From Chlamydiales bacterium (GTDB taxonomy: Bacteria > Chlamydiota > Chlamydiia > Chlamydiales > JBDQID01): DNA of 37,807 bases. Location: assembly GCA_047611865.1 (NCBI GenBank), contig JBLFWS010000009.1, positions 1-37,807 of the forward strand, read 5' to 3'. Shown in pieces: positions 11,866 to 22,100 of this stretch; the stretch's first letter is position 1; every line of letters starts with the position of its first letter. The position numbers and the translations under genes were made by a program. A model generated the notes under the pieces. It was not told where the DNA came from. It made no database searches and saw only the letters and a program-made list of their open reading frames with translations.

Positions 11866-12144
11866 ATGCTAGATACAAATCGAAATATGGGTAGGAATCC
11901 AGCTTTGTCTCATGGTCGCATTGAGGGTGCGTTGCGTTCAATGGATGGGCAAGATGGTGGATCCATCGAGCAAATGCACATGATGAAGCAAATGCTTGAA
12001 ATGGATAGGAAATTGCGATCTTTGGAATCGACCTTTGGAACTCTTTATTCGAAAGTAGCCGGGATGAGTCGGACGGTCAAGGGTCTTTCTGAGGAGTGGT
12101 GTCAAGAGGACGAGAGTCTTTGCCACCAAGAAAAAATAGATTAA
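11866..12144 (+). CDS. Small hypothetical protein, probable coiled coil
   Basis: ATG preceded by AGGGAG, fills the gap between mfd and the next gene, heptad-like helix. No family recognised. Confidence 0.6.
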   Translation: MLDTNRNMGRNPALSHGRIEGALRSMDGQDGGSIEQMHMMKQMLEMDRKLRSLESTFGTLYSKVAGMSRTVKGLSEEWCQEDESLCHQEKID

Positions 12145-12219
12145 ACAAACTTAGCTGAAGAGAAAACTGCCGGAAAAGTCAGAACGTGATATGATGGCGG
12201 AAAGTAGATTAGTTGGCTT

Positions 12220-13224
12220 ATGCAAATAGAAAAAAAAGCACTTTATAATTCACTTCGATTGAATTGGCTTCGGGATACGTCCTTTCAGGTAGAACCATGG
12301 CAAGTTGAAGATTACCGTACTGTATCAACAGACGAGCTTTTATCTCGCCTGAGTAAATTTGATATCAGTCTGGATCGCGATAATCTCATTGCCTACGCCG
12401 AGAATTTTGCCTCTCCTGAAGACTTAGCACCTTATTTGGCAAATGACGACTTACCCGCTAGGGAAGCTGACCAGATCTATTTGGTTTCTTTTGAGCTATG
12501 GAGACGCTTTCTCCCCCAAAAACAATCATTGTCTATATTTTGTGACGAGTTGGATTATCAGATACATCAATATGATGAAGGTTTGATAGACGCGGATTCC
12601 TTACAAGATATCATTTCCTACCTAGAAGAAATTCTAGACGAGAACAGTGGCGAGGATGCAGATCCTTCTGAAGTTTTTGAGTCTGTCTCAGTTTGTTGTG
12701 CCCACGATGTAGAAGGCTTTATTTATGATTATATAGCTGGACAAATCGATGAGGAGAATCATCTGTATGCTACTGAGCTTTATGAAAGCTTCCAGGATTA
12801 TATTGGGGATACGGTTTGGTTTGATTTCCTCCGTGCACGCTTAAATGTCCTTGCTGATGTCGGAGAAGCGAATGATATCATCATGGAGATTATTGAAGAT
12901 CAAAACGAAGGTAAAGACTTGGAGCTTTATCTCGAAATTCTTCCCTTTCTCGTACAACATGGGAAGTGGGAGGTCTTCATTAGCGTCTTGAAAGCATGCT
13001 TCCCTCATTTGGAAGTAGAGGAAGACTTTAGGGAGGTTTTGGATCATTGCGTAGATTTTTATACACTTCGTGATAATGAAGAATTCGGACAACCTATTCA
13101 GAAGATCTTAGACAAACGTGAAAGCATAGATCCGGAACAACCTGTATCGATGTCAGACCCGGATATTTCCCTTCTTGCAAAACAGCTTGAGCTGCCCTTT
13201 TTCCTCCCCAGAAAGACTACATAG
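12220..13224 (+). CDS. Acidic hypothetical protein of the type conserved in Chlamydiota
   Basis: 334 aa, D/E-rich. The N-terminal ALYNSLRLNW...VEPWQVEDYR and ELWRR...LSIFCDELD pattern is recalled from chlamydial conserved hypotheticals. Confidence 0.75.
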   Translation: MQIEKKALYNSLRLNWLRDTSFQVEPWQVEDYRTVSTDELLSRLSKFDISLDRDNLIAYAENFASPEDLAPYLANDDLPAREADQIYLVSFELWRRFLPQKQSLSIFCDELDYQIHQYDEGLIDADSLQDIISYLEEILDENSGEDADPSEVFESVSVCCAHDVEGFIYDYIAGQIDEENHLYATELYESFQDYIGDTVWFDFLRARLNVLADVGEANDIIMEIIEDQNEGKDLELYLEILPFLVQHGKWEVFISVLKACFPHLEVEEDFREVLDHCVDFYTLRDNEEFGQPIQKILDKRESIDPEQPVSMSDPDISLLAKQLELPFFLPRKTT

Positions 13225-13238
13225 CTTGTACTTCCAAG

Positions 13239-13262
13239 AGAGCTTGAGAGATCAGGCTCTTG
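13239..13262. terminator. Hairpin between convergent genes (possible terminator)
   Basis: AGAGCTTGA-GAGA-TCAGGCTCT stem-loop. Confidence 0.4.
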
Positions 13263-13311
13263 TCTATCTTAGGAGATGTGCAAAAAGGATACTTTATTCT
13301 TGCACAATTCC

Positions 13312-14061
13312 TTAATCAATGATTTTTATGGGAGTAAAGTTTAGGTAATCACAAGAGGAGAGAACGTATTGAATACCGTTCTTTTCTCCAAAGAGATCCA
13401 GGCCTTTTTTAAGGCTGTGTAGATGTCCAAAAATGCAATAGTCAATATTATGTTCTTCTAGGATAGCTGATGCCTCAGAGTTTATAAGATCAGCTCCTAT
13501 AGGTGGGTAATGGGTTATGGCTATACGGGTTTTGCTTTCAGGATTAAGTCCTTTTAAACTGAGCTGAAGCCGTCCAAGTTCTCTTTCAAAAATTTTACGA
13601 GTTGTGCTTTTATCTTCATCTCTCTCAGAGATAGACGCTCCTTTAACTTCTTTCCATTCGATAAAATCGTTAAAGCTATATTCGTCACTATCCCAAAGTC
13701 TAGACCCTCCAATAGTGATATCGCCCCAGTTGAAGGTATTGTTGTGTATGAAGTGTATGGAAGGGGGCATAATGGCTTGCATCTTCTTAGTAGACGTCCA
13801 CCAATAGTCATGGTTACCACGGAGTAGTACTTTGCTACCTGGAAGGCTGTCAATCCAAGCCAAATCGACCTTTACTTCTTCAAGATGCTTAGCCCAGGAA
13901 ATATCTCCTGCGATAATAACCAGATCATCAGGGGAGATTAACTTTTCCCACTGGTTTTTGATATTTTCTTCATGTGAGGCCCACTCGGGACCGAAAACAT
14001 CCATTTTTTTTCCTGGAACACCAAAAGAAAGGTGTAAATCTGCAATGGCCCAAACTGACAT
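13312..14061 (-). CDS. Calcineurin-like metallophosphoesterase (CT488-like)
   Basis: ADLH, GDISWA, RGNHDYWW, THYPP and GHLH motifs. Start placed at ATG 14061 (MSVWAIADLH). Confidence 0.9.
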   Translation of the reverse strand: MSVWAIADLHLSFGVPGKKMDVFGPEWASHEENIKNQWEKLISPDDLVIIAGDISWAKHLEEVKVDLAWIDSLPGSKVLLRGNHDYWWTSTKKMQAIMPPSIHFIHNNTFNWGDITIGGSRLWDSDEYSFNDFIEWKEVKGASISERDEDKSTTRKIFERELGRLQLSLKGLNPESKTRIAITHYPPIGADLINSEASAILEEHNIDYCIFGHLHSLKKGLDLFGEKNGIQYVLSSCDYLNFTPIKIID

Positions 14062-14085
14062 ATGTATCCTTAGCAAAGCTTAACG

Positions 14086-14127
14086 CATCCCTAAATAAAT
14101 TCAGTTTTTTGAATTTATTTGGGGATG
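14086..14127. repeat. 18-bp inverted repeat in the divergent intergenic region
   Basis: CATCCCTAAATAAATTCA-GTTTTT-TGAATTTATTTGGGGATG (one G-T pair). Confidence 0.8.
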
Positions 14128-14295
14128 GCACAAGCAACTAATTATCTATAAATAGGATGTTTTTGTCTAGAAGGTAGTAGAAGCTATTTCCTTGACTATT
14201 AAAATCGGGAAATGCAATTTTTCTCTGCCTTACCGGAACATTTTTTGAAACTTTAAATTTAAATTTACATTGAAAATTCCCTTATTGAAAAGGAG

Positions 14296-15411
14296 ATGTT
14301 TATGAAGCTAATGTTTAGAGATGCGATTATCAAAGGAAAATCCTTTGGAGCGGAAAAGAATATTCATGGAGAAGTGGTTTTTAATACCGCCATGTCAGGT
14401 TATGTCGAAACATTGACAGACCCTTCTTATTATGGGCAGGTACTTGTTCTTACTTACCCAGTGCAAGGGAATTATGGTGTACCAGATATTAACTTTGAAT
14501 CAGACAGGATTCAGGTCGCAGGTCTTATTGTCTCTCACTACAGTGAAAACCCTAGCCACTATACCCAAAAAAGGTCGCTTGGAGATTGGTTGAAATCTCA
14601 AAATATACCTGCTATGTGTGACGTGGATACTCGTACTCTGACTCGTTATCTCAGAGAGCATGGTACAGCTCCAGCAGATTTACTTTCGAGCGACTATATT
14701 TCTGGTGATGAGATTGTGAAGTTTAAAAGTGAGGACTTTCTTGCAGAGGTCGTCTCTTCGAAGACAGTTCGTTATGGAAAGGGAGAAAGCAAGATTTTGT
14801 TTATTGATACAGGCGCAAAAGAAAATATAGTCCGCTGCCTGGTAAGCCGTGGAGCAAGTGTTATCAAAGCCCCATGGAATACAGACTGGGAAAAGTATTT
14901 ACCTGAAGTCGATGGAGTCTTTATTGCAAATGGTCCTGGTGATCCAATGGAAGCCCTGAGCTTAATTGATAGAGTTCGTGAGATTCTCTATTGCGGACTG
15001 CCCTTTTTTGGGATCTGCTTTGGTAACCAGCTTATTTCCATTGCAGCAGGGGCTCGTACGATAAAAATGAAGTACGGCCACCGCTCTGTAAATCAGCCTG
15101 TTCGTTCTCTTCGTTCAGGTAAATGTTACATCACTAGCCAGAACCATGGCTACGTGGTTCAAAATGAATCTCTTCCCCATGACTGGGAACCTTGGTTTGT
15201 GAATCTTAACGACGGGACAAATGAAGGGATTCGTCATAAGACTAAACCTATCCGCTCAGTTCAGTTTCACCCAGAGGCTAGACCGGGAACAAATGATACA
15301 GCCTTTTTGTTTGACGATTTTCTTACTACGGTCAAGGAAATGAAAAAAGAAAGAAAGGTCTCAGACCATATTGAAAAACTTGAGATGGCTGAAATTGATT
15401 GTGTCGCCTAA
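14296..15411 (+). CDS. carA: Carbamoyl-phosphate synthase small (glutaminase) subunit
   Basis: GEVVFNTAMSGY, LTDPSY, NGPGDP, catalytic GICFGNQ, SQNHGY and QFHPE. RBS AAGGAG. Confidence 0.97.
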   Translation: MFMKLMFRDAIIKGKSFGAEKNIHGEVVFNTAMSGYVETLTDPSYYGQVLVLTYPVQGNYGVPDINFESDRIQVAGLIVSHYSENPSHYTQKRSLGDWLKSQNIPAMCDVDTRTLTRYLREHGTAPADLLSSDYISGDEIVKFKSEDFLAEVVSSKTVRYGKGESKILFIDTGAKENIVRCLVSRGASVIKAPWNTDWEKYLPEVDGVFIANGPGDPMEALSLIDRVREILYCGLPFFGICFGNQLISIAAGARTIKMKYGHRSVNQPVRSLRSGKCYITSQNHGYVVQNESLPHDWEPWFVNLNDGTNEGIRHKTKPIRSVQFHPEARPGTNDTAFLFDDFLTTVKEMKKERKVSDHIEKLEMAEIDCVA

Positions 15412-15503
15412 TAAGACATCGAAAATTTGGAATAGTAACTCAAAAGACAACGAATAGAAAAAATGAAATTTATGAAACAATTGGAATATTTCGGAGATTG
15501 AAT

Positions 15504-18500
15504 ATGACTGTATATCCTGAACCCGACAGCAAGGGTTTGCTAAACAAGTTTCAAGTAAAATCGCGAGTTGTAAAACCAAAAAAAGTTCTCCTTTTAGGTT
15601 CTGGTGCTTTGCGTATCGGACAAGCTGGTGAATTTGATTACTCTGGGTCTCAAGCTCTTAAAGCTATGAGAGAGGAGGGTGTCAGCACGGTTTTAATCAA
15701 TCCTAATATAGCATCTATACAAACTGATGAAGGCTTGGCCGATAAGACATACTTTCTTCCCGTAGAGCCGGATTTTGTTGAAAAGATTATTGAGAAAGAA
15801 GAAATCGACGCGATCTTACTCAGTTTTGGTGGGCAAACAGCTCTTAATTGTGGTCTTGAACTTGAAGAAAAAGGGATTTTTTCTAAACACGGTGTTCGAG
15901 TTATGGGGACTCCTGTTAGCACAATTCGTCTGACGGAAGACCGTCACCTTTTTTCTGAACGACTCGCACAAATTGGAGTGAAAACCGCAAGAAGTAAAGC
16001 TGTTTATAATGTTGCAGACGTAGTCAAGACTGCCAACGAGATAGGTTTTCCTGTGATGATGCGCTCGGGTTTCTCGTTGGGGGGTAAAGGCTCAGGTGTT
16101 GTTCATAATGAAAAGGAATGCCGTCAACTTGCTGAAATTGTTTTTTCTTCCGTACAGCAAATTCTTGTAGAAGAGTGCCTTACAGGGTGGAAGGAAATTG
16201 AGTATGAAGTTGTTCGAGATGGAAGTGACAGTTGTGTCACTATCTGTAACATGGAAAATCTGGATCCAATGGGAGTGCATACGGGAGAGTCAATTGTTGT
16301 TGCTCCATCCCAGACCCTTGATGATTTTGAATATCAGATGTTACGTGATGTAGCGATCAAAACTATTAGGAGTTTAGGGATCATTGGCGAATGTAACATT
16401 CAGTATGCTCTGGATCCTCAATCAAGGGAATATAGAGTAATTGAGGTCAACGCCAGACTATCTCGTTCCTCAGCCCTGGCATCGAAAGCTACAGGCTATC
16501 CTCTTGCTTACGTTGCTGCTAAAATAGCCCTCGGTTATGACATGGCAGACATTCCTAATGCCATTACCAAGGTAACAACTGCGTACTTTGAGCCTGCTCT
16601 TGATTACATAGTATGTAAGATTCCTCGTTGGGATTTAGACAAATTTGACGGTATCGATCAAACTATTGGTACAGAGATGAAGTCCGTTGGAGAAGTCATG
16701 TCTATTGGACGCTCTTTTGCTGAAGTGATTCAGAAAGGGATCCGAATGCTGGAAATTGGCTTTGACGGTGTGGATTCTGGTGCATATGAGGGTGAAGACC
16801 TGAAGAAAGCCATTGCGACGCCTACTCCTAAAAGGATCTTTGCCCTAGCGAAAGGTTTCCAAATGGGAATGTCTGTTGATGAGATATTCGAACTGACCAA
16901 GATCGATCGCTTTTTCCTCTATGAAATTGAACGCATTGTGAAATTAGAAACAGAGCTGAAAGATTCTTGTCTTCAAGACATGGATAAAGGTCGCATGAGG
17001 ACCGTTAAGAAAGCGGGCTTCTCTGATAAAGGGATCGCTAAGTTTCTTAAATCCACTGAAGGGGAAGTACGGCGTCAGAGGCGCATTCTTGGAATTCGAC
17101 CCTTTCTTTCACAAATCGACACCCTGGCAGCGGAATACCCTGCAGAAACAAACTTTCTCTATTTGACGTATACAAATGTTAAGAGTGACGTTCAGCCTAG
17201 TGCAAAGAAGAAAGTGATGATTCTTGGCTCTGGCTGCTATCGAATAGGTGCCAGTGTGGAGTTTGACTGGTGTGGTGTCTCTGCAGTGAAGGCCGCAGAA
17301 GAATTGGGATACGAAGTTATAATGCTTAACTACAATCCTGAAACAGTTTCTACAGATTATGATAACTGTGATCGCTTGGTCTTTGACGAGATCAGCTTGG
17401 AAACTGTCCTTGAAATCTATGACTTCGAAAAGCCTGATGGTTTGATCGTGTCTATGGGTGGGCAGACTCCTAACAATCTCGCATTGAAGTTACACGAGGA
17501 AGATGTTCCTATATTTGGCACTCATCCTACTTCCATTGATAGTGCTGAAGATAGAAATAAGTTTTCAGCCATGCTTGATGAAATTGGTGTGGATCAACCT
17601 CTCTGGGCATCTAGTACGGGCCTTGACTTGACAGAGACGATCGACAATATCGGTGGCTTTCCAGTTCTTGTTCGGCCTTCATATGTGCTTTCAGGAGCAG
17701 CTATGCGTGTTGCTTATAACCATGATGAGCTCACTCATTTTCTGAATAAAGCAACAGACATTTCCTCTGATCATCCTGTTACTATCTCAAAGTTTGAGCA
17801 TGGTGTTCGTGAAGTAGAACTTGATGCGGTGGCGTACAATGGGGAGATAAAGTTATTTGCAATTTCAGAACATATTGAAAATGCTGGTGTCCATTCTGGT
17901 GATGCTACATTGGTGATTCCTCCACAGCGTCTTAATGTCGAAACGATGAAGAGGATTAAGCAAATAAGTGAGCGTATAGCTAGAGCTTTGAATATTACAG
18001 GCCCTTTTAATATTCAATTTTTATGTCTCAAGCACCATGTCATAAAGGTCATCGAGTGTAACTTGCGAGCTTCTCGTAGTTTCCCATTTATTTCCAAAGC
18101 TTTGGGGATTAATTTTATTCGCGAAGCGACGAAGCTAATGCTTTCGGGGAAAATGAGTGAAGGAATCAGACCGAACAACATTTTTGATATTGATTATGTT
18201 GTGACAAAGTCTCCACAGTTTTCTTTTTCCCGTTTAAAAGGAGCTGATCCAAGGCTTGGAGTGGAAATGGCCTCTACTGGAGAAGTAGCTTGTTTTGGTC
18301 GGGATGCAGAGGAGTCATTGCTAGCTTCTATGCTTGCCAGTGGTTTTAAAATTCCTCAAAAAGGCGTGCTTCTTTCTTTGGAAATAGAAGAAGATCGTCC
18401 AAGGTTTGTCCAGGAGGCTAAGCTATTATTGAAGCGTGAGCTAAAACTTTACGCATGCCCGCATACTGCCGAAGCTCTCAAGGTGGCCGGTGTAGAATGT

Positions 18501-18866
18501 CAGGCTGTAGACATCAGTGAAGTCTTAAAAGATGACAGAAAAGAATTGGTAGAGTTCTTGAAGTCAGGGAAAGTCGATATGATCATCAGTATACCTGGCG
18601 CAGCAAGGGTTACTACTACTCAAGAGGGCTATTGGTTGCGTAGGTTGGCAGTAGAACTCGAATTGTCATTTATAACTGATCTATGGCTGGCAAAACGCGC
18701 AGTACTTGCTATGGACATGTACAGTATTTCCGATATAGGAATTACATCTTGGAACAAGTATCTTCAAGCTGACAAACAGCCTCTTTTCGCTCATTCAAAG
18801 CAACTATCCTATCTTGCTGATGATAAGCGAGTAAAAAAAGAAGGAAGAGTACTTACTCACAAGTAA
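15504..18866 (+). CDS. carB: Carbamoyl-phosphate synthase large subunit
   Basis: GSGALRIGQAGEFDYSG, two ATP-grasp halves (EVNARLSRSSALASKATGYP; ECNLRASRS) and an MGS-like C-terminus. Start placed at ATG 15504 after GGAG. Confidence 0.97.
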   Translation: MTVYPEPDSKGLLNKFQVKSRVVKPKKVLLLGSGALRIGQAGEFDYSGSQALKAMREEGVSTVLINPNIASIQTDEGLADKTYFLPVEPDFVEKIIEKEEIDAILLSFGGQTALNCGLELEEKGIFSKHGVRVMGTPVSTIRLTEDRHLFSERLAQIGVKTARSKAVYNVADVVKTANEIGFPVMMRSGFSLGGKGSGVVHNEKECRQLAEIVFSSVQQILVEECLTGWKEIEYEVVRDGSDSCVTICNMENLDPMGVHTGESIVVAPSQTLDDFEYQMLRDVAIKTIRSLGIIGECNIQYALDPQSREYRVIEVNARLSRSSALASKATGYPLAYVAAKIALGYDMADIPNAITKVTTAYFEPALDYIVCKIPRWDLDKFDGIDQTIGTEMKSVGEVMSIGRSFAEVIQKGIRMLEIGFDGVDSGAYEGEDLKKAIATPTPKRIFALAKGFQMGMSVDEIFELTKIDRFFLYEIERIVKLETELKDSCLQDMDKGRMRTVKKAGFSDKGIAKFLKSTEGEVRRQRRILGIRPFLSQIDTLAAEYPAETNFLYLTYTNVKSDVQPSAKKKVMILGSGCYRIGASVEFDWCGVSAVKAAEELGYEVIMLNYNPETVSTDYDNCDRLVFDEISLETVLEIYDFEKPDGLIVSMGGQTPNNLALKLHEEDVPIFGTHPTSIDSAEDRNKFSAMLDEIGVDQPLWASSTGLDLTETIDNIGGFPVLVRPSYVLSGAAMRVAYNHDELTHFLNKATDISSDHPVTISKFEHGVREVELDAVAYNGEIKLFAISEHIENAGVHSGDATLVIPPQRLNVETMKRIKQISERIARALNITGPFNIQFLCLKHHVIKVIECNLRASRSFPFISKALGINFIREATKLMLSGKMSEGIRPNNIFDIDYVVTKSPQFSFSRLKGADPRLGVEMASTGEVACFGRDAEESLLASMLASGFKIPQKGVLLSLEIEEDRPRFVQEAKLLLKRELKLYACPHTAEALKVAGVECQAVDISEVLKDDRKELVEFLKSGKVDMIISIPGAARVTTTQEGYWLRRLAVELELSFITDLWLAKRAVLAMDMYSISDIGITSWNKYLQADKQPLFAHSKQLSYLADDKRVKKEGRVLTHK

Positions 18867-18910
18867 TCTTTTTGAATTTTTCATGGGGATTTCTTTCCAT
18901 GAATCTTAAA

Positions 18911-18950
18911 ACCCTTGGTGATAATAGTGAATTATCACCAAGGGTCTTTT
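18911..18950 (+). terminator. Intrinsic terminator after carB
   Basis: Perfect 15-bp stem ACCCTTGGTGATAAT/ATTATCACCAAGGGT followed by CTTTT. A second small hairpin lies at 18880-18903. Confidence 0.8.
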
Positions 18951-19156
18951 GCTATTAGAAATCATAAAGACCTTTTTAGAGGTCCTTTTAGGACTTCTTT
19001 AGAGACCTTTTTCAAGGAAAATGGATTAGAAAAATTTTAAGATTAAGGTAAAAGTAGTCGCAATTTTGAATGAAAATTCTATTGATTATGATTTTCGAAA
19101 TATCAGATTTTTATCGAACCAATGAAATGACTTTAAGTATCCAAAGGAACTCGAAT

Positions 19157-22100
19157 ATGTTTAAACGAATATTGGTAGCGAATCGAGGGGAAATAGCCTG
19201 TCGAATAATCAAAACCTGCCGCAAATTGAATATAGAATCTATTGCTCTTTACTCTGACGCAGATAGATCGGCACCTCATGTGAGGATGGCAGATCAAGCC
19301 GTTCATCTTGGAAACAGTAATCCGTTAGAAAGTTATCTAAACAGTCAGAAGATTATAGATATTGCAAAAGAGTATAAGGCTGATGCAATTCATCCAGGCT
19401 ATGGATTTTTAAGCGAAGATTTTCAATTTGCTGAAGAATGTGGAAAAAATAATATTACGTTTATAGGGCCTTCTTCACCTTCAATTCAGCAATTTAGCAT
19501 TAAAGAGCGGGCACGTAGATTTGCGGGAAATCTGGATATCCCCATAGTTCCTGGTTCTTCGAACATAGTTTCTTTGCAGGATGCTTTACAGTCTGCTGAG
19601 GAAATCGGATACCCAGTACTGTTGAAATGTTCTGGAGGCGGGGGGGGCATTGGTATGACACTCTGTCAATCTTCCGATGACTTATCCTCAGGATTTGAAA
19701 GTACGAAAAAGGCTGGCAAGACCTTTTTTAACAACGAAGATGTCTTTTTAGAAAAGTACATATCTGAGCCTCACCACATAGAGGTACAAATCTTTGGAGA
19801 TGGGAAAGGGAATATTGCCATTTTAGGAGAAAGAGAGTGCTCTATACAGAGGCGTTATCAGAAAGTTATAGAAGAAACGCCATCTCCCTTTTGCAGTGAG
19901 GACCTTCGCCAACAAATGTATGCTGCAGCCAGAAAATTGGGAGAGGGAGTTGCTTACGAGTCTGCTGGAACAGTAGAATTTCTTGTTGATGAAGAAGAAA
20001 ATACCTTTTACTTTCTGGAAGTCAATACGCGTCTGCAGGTTGAACATACAGTAACGGAACAAGTGAGTGGTATTGATCTTGTAGAGTGGATGATAAGACA
20101 GGCGGCCAAAGAAGAGCTTCATGTAAAAGATTACGTTTATAAAGTGAAAGGGCACTCAATTCAGGCTCGTGTCTATGCTGAAGATCCTTTAAAGAATTTT
20201 CAACCAAGTCCTGGTGTACTAACTGAAGTACAACATCCCAGCTTTCCTTGGCTTCGTATTGACAGTGGTGTGGAAACAGGATTTCAAGTTCCTAGTAATT
20301 ACGATCCCATGCTGGCGAAAATTATCGTACACGGGGAAGACCGAACAGAAGCGGTAAAAAGACTACAAGTGGCTTTGAAAGAGTCACGTTTTGATGGCTG
20401 CCAGACAAACTTGTCTTTTCTTCATCAAATAGTTTCCAGCAAGGCATTTTTATCCGGAAGAACTACCACAAATTTTCTGAAAGATTTAGTTTACGAAGCT
20501 CATCATATTGAAGTAATTGATGGGGGGATCAACTCATCAGTACAGGATTACCCGGGAAGAGCCGGATATTGGGATGTAGGAATACCTCGCTCTGGGCCAA
20601 TGGATCTTTTATCCTTTCGTATAGCAAATCTTCTCGTCGGAAATGCAGAAGGTGTGGCAGCCCTTGAATTTACTTTAGAAGGGCCAACGTTATTATTCCA
20701 TCAGGATACCGTAGTGGCCTTATCAGGGGCTGAGATGGAGGTCACTATTGATGGAGAGCCTGTTGAGTGGTGGAAAGCTATTCGTGTGAGGAAAGGGAAT
20801 GTCCTTACTGTGGGAGGTATATCAGGGGATGGATATAGATCTTATATGGCTGTACATGGAGGCTTGGATCTCCCTGAATATCTGGGTAGTAAGTCAACTT
20901 TTGCTTTAGGAAATATGGGAGGACTAAAAGGGAATACCGTTATTGAAGGGGACATCCTACCTATCCATAAGGAATCCAGACAAGAAGTTGATTTGTTTCA
21001 AAGAGCTTTGCCGAAAGAGTTTCAGCCTGTTTACGGCCGGGAGTGGAAAATTGATGTACTCTACGGGCCACATGGGGCACCTGACTTTTTCACGCAGGAA
21101 GACATAGACATGTTTTTCTCCGCAGCATGGAAAGTACATCACAACTCTAATCGGATGGGTATTCGTTTGATTGGTCCAAAACCTAAATGGGCTAGGCAAG
21201 ATGGAGGAGAAGCGGGCCTACATCCTTCTAACATCCACGATTGTGAATACGCAGTAGGAGCTATTAACTTTACAGGGGACATGCCAATTATTCTCACCCA
21301 TGATGGGCCTAGTTTAGGGGGGTTTGTTTGTCCCGCAACAATCATTCAGGCTGACATGTGGAAGTTGGGGCAGGTAAAACCTAATGATACCATCACTTTT
21401 GTGAAGGTCTCCTATGATGCTGCTATTGCAAAAAAGAAAAAACAGGAAGGTTTTCTTACTAATGTGAAAAACCGGTCTTGGGAGAGAAAAATCTTGCAGG
21501 AGCGAATAAATGAGGGTGGGGTTCTCTATGAACATCCTGGTGATGAGAAGAAGCCTAAGTTCGTGATCCGTATGGCAGGAGACCGTTACGTTTTAATTGA
21601 GTACGGTCCTATGGTTCTGGATCTTGACTTACGATTCAGGATTCATGCTTTAATGGAGTGGCTATCCTCTCATGATGTTGATGGGATACTTGAGATGTCG
21701 CCTGGAGTTCGTTCTGTGCAAATCCGTTATGATAATAAGGTGATCTCCTTGTATCGCTTATTGGATGTGTTGCTGGAAGCGGAAGAAGGCTTGCCTGATA
21801 TAAAAGAGATGGTAGTGAAGTCCAGAGTGGTAAAGCTGCCAATTGCTTTAGATGACCAATGGTGTCGAGCAGCAGTAGATACTTATATGAAGTCAGTACG
21901 AGATACGGCTCCTTACTTACCTGATAACATCGAGTTTATTAAGAGAATTAATGGACTGGGAACATCTGATGAAGTCTTGAAAACAATTTGTGAAGCCGAG
22001 TACCTAGTCCTTGGTCTTGGAGATGTATATCTGGGAGCCCCTTGTGCCGTTCCTCTTGACCCAAGGCATCGTCTGATTACTTCCAAGTACAACCCTGCTC

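Noticed and set aside
14126..14141. TGGCAC upstream of carA as a sigma54 promoter
   Set aside because: There is no GC at the -12 position with the required spacing.
18867..19156. Guanidine riboswitch upstream of urea carboxylase
   Set aside because: No ykkC-type (GGTTCCG...ACAAAAGCCCGGGAG) or paired ACGR-loop hairpins are visible. Only terminator hairpins and T-rich repeats are present.
15399..19156. Longest-ORF starts for carB (15399) and uca (19070)
   Set aside because: The extensions look non-homologous. Downstream ATGs (15504, 19157) have RBSs and sit nearer the family N-termini.
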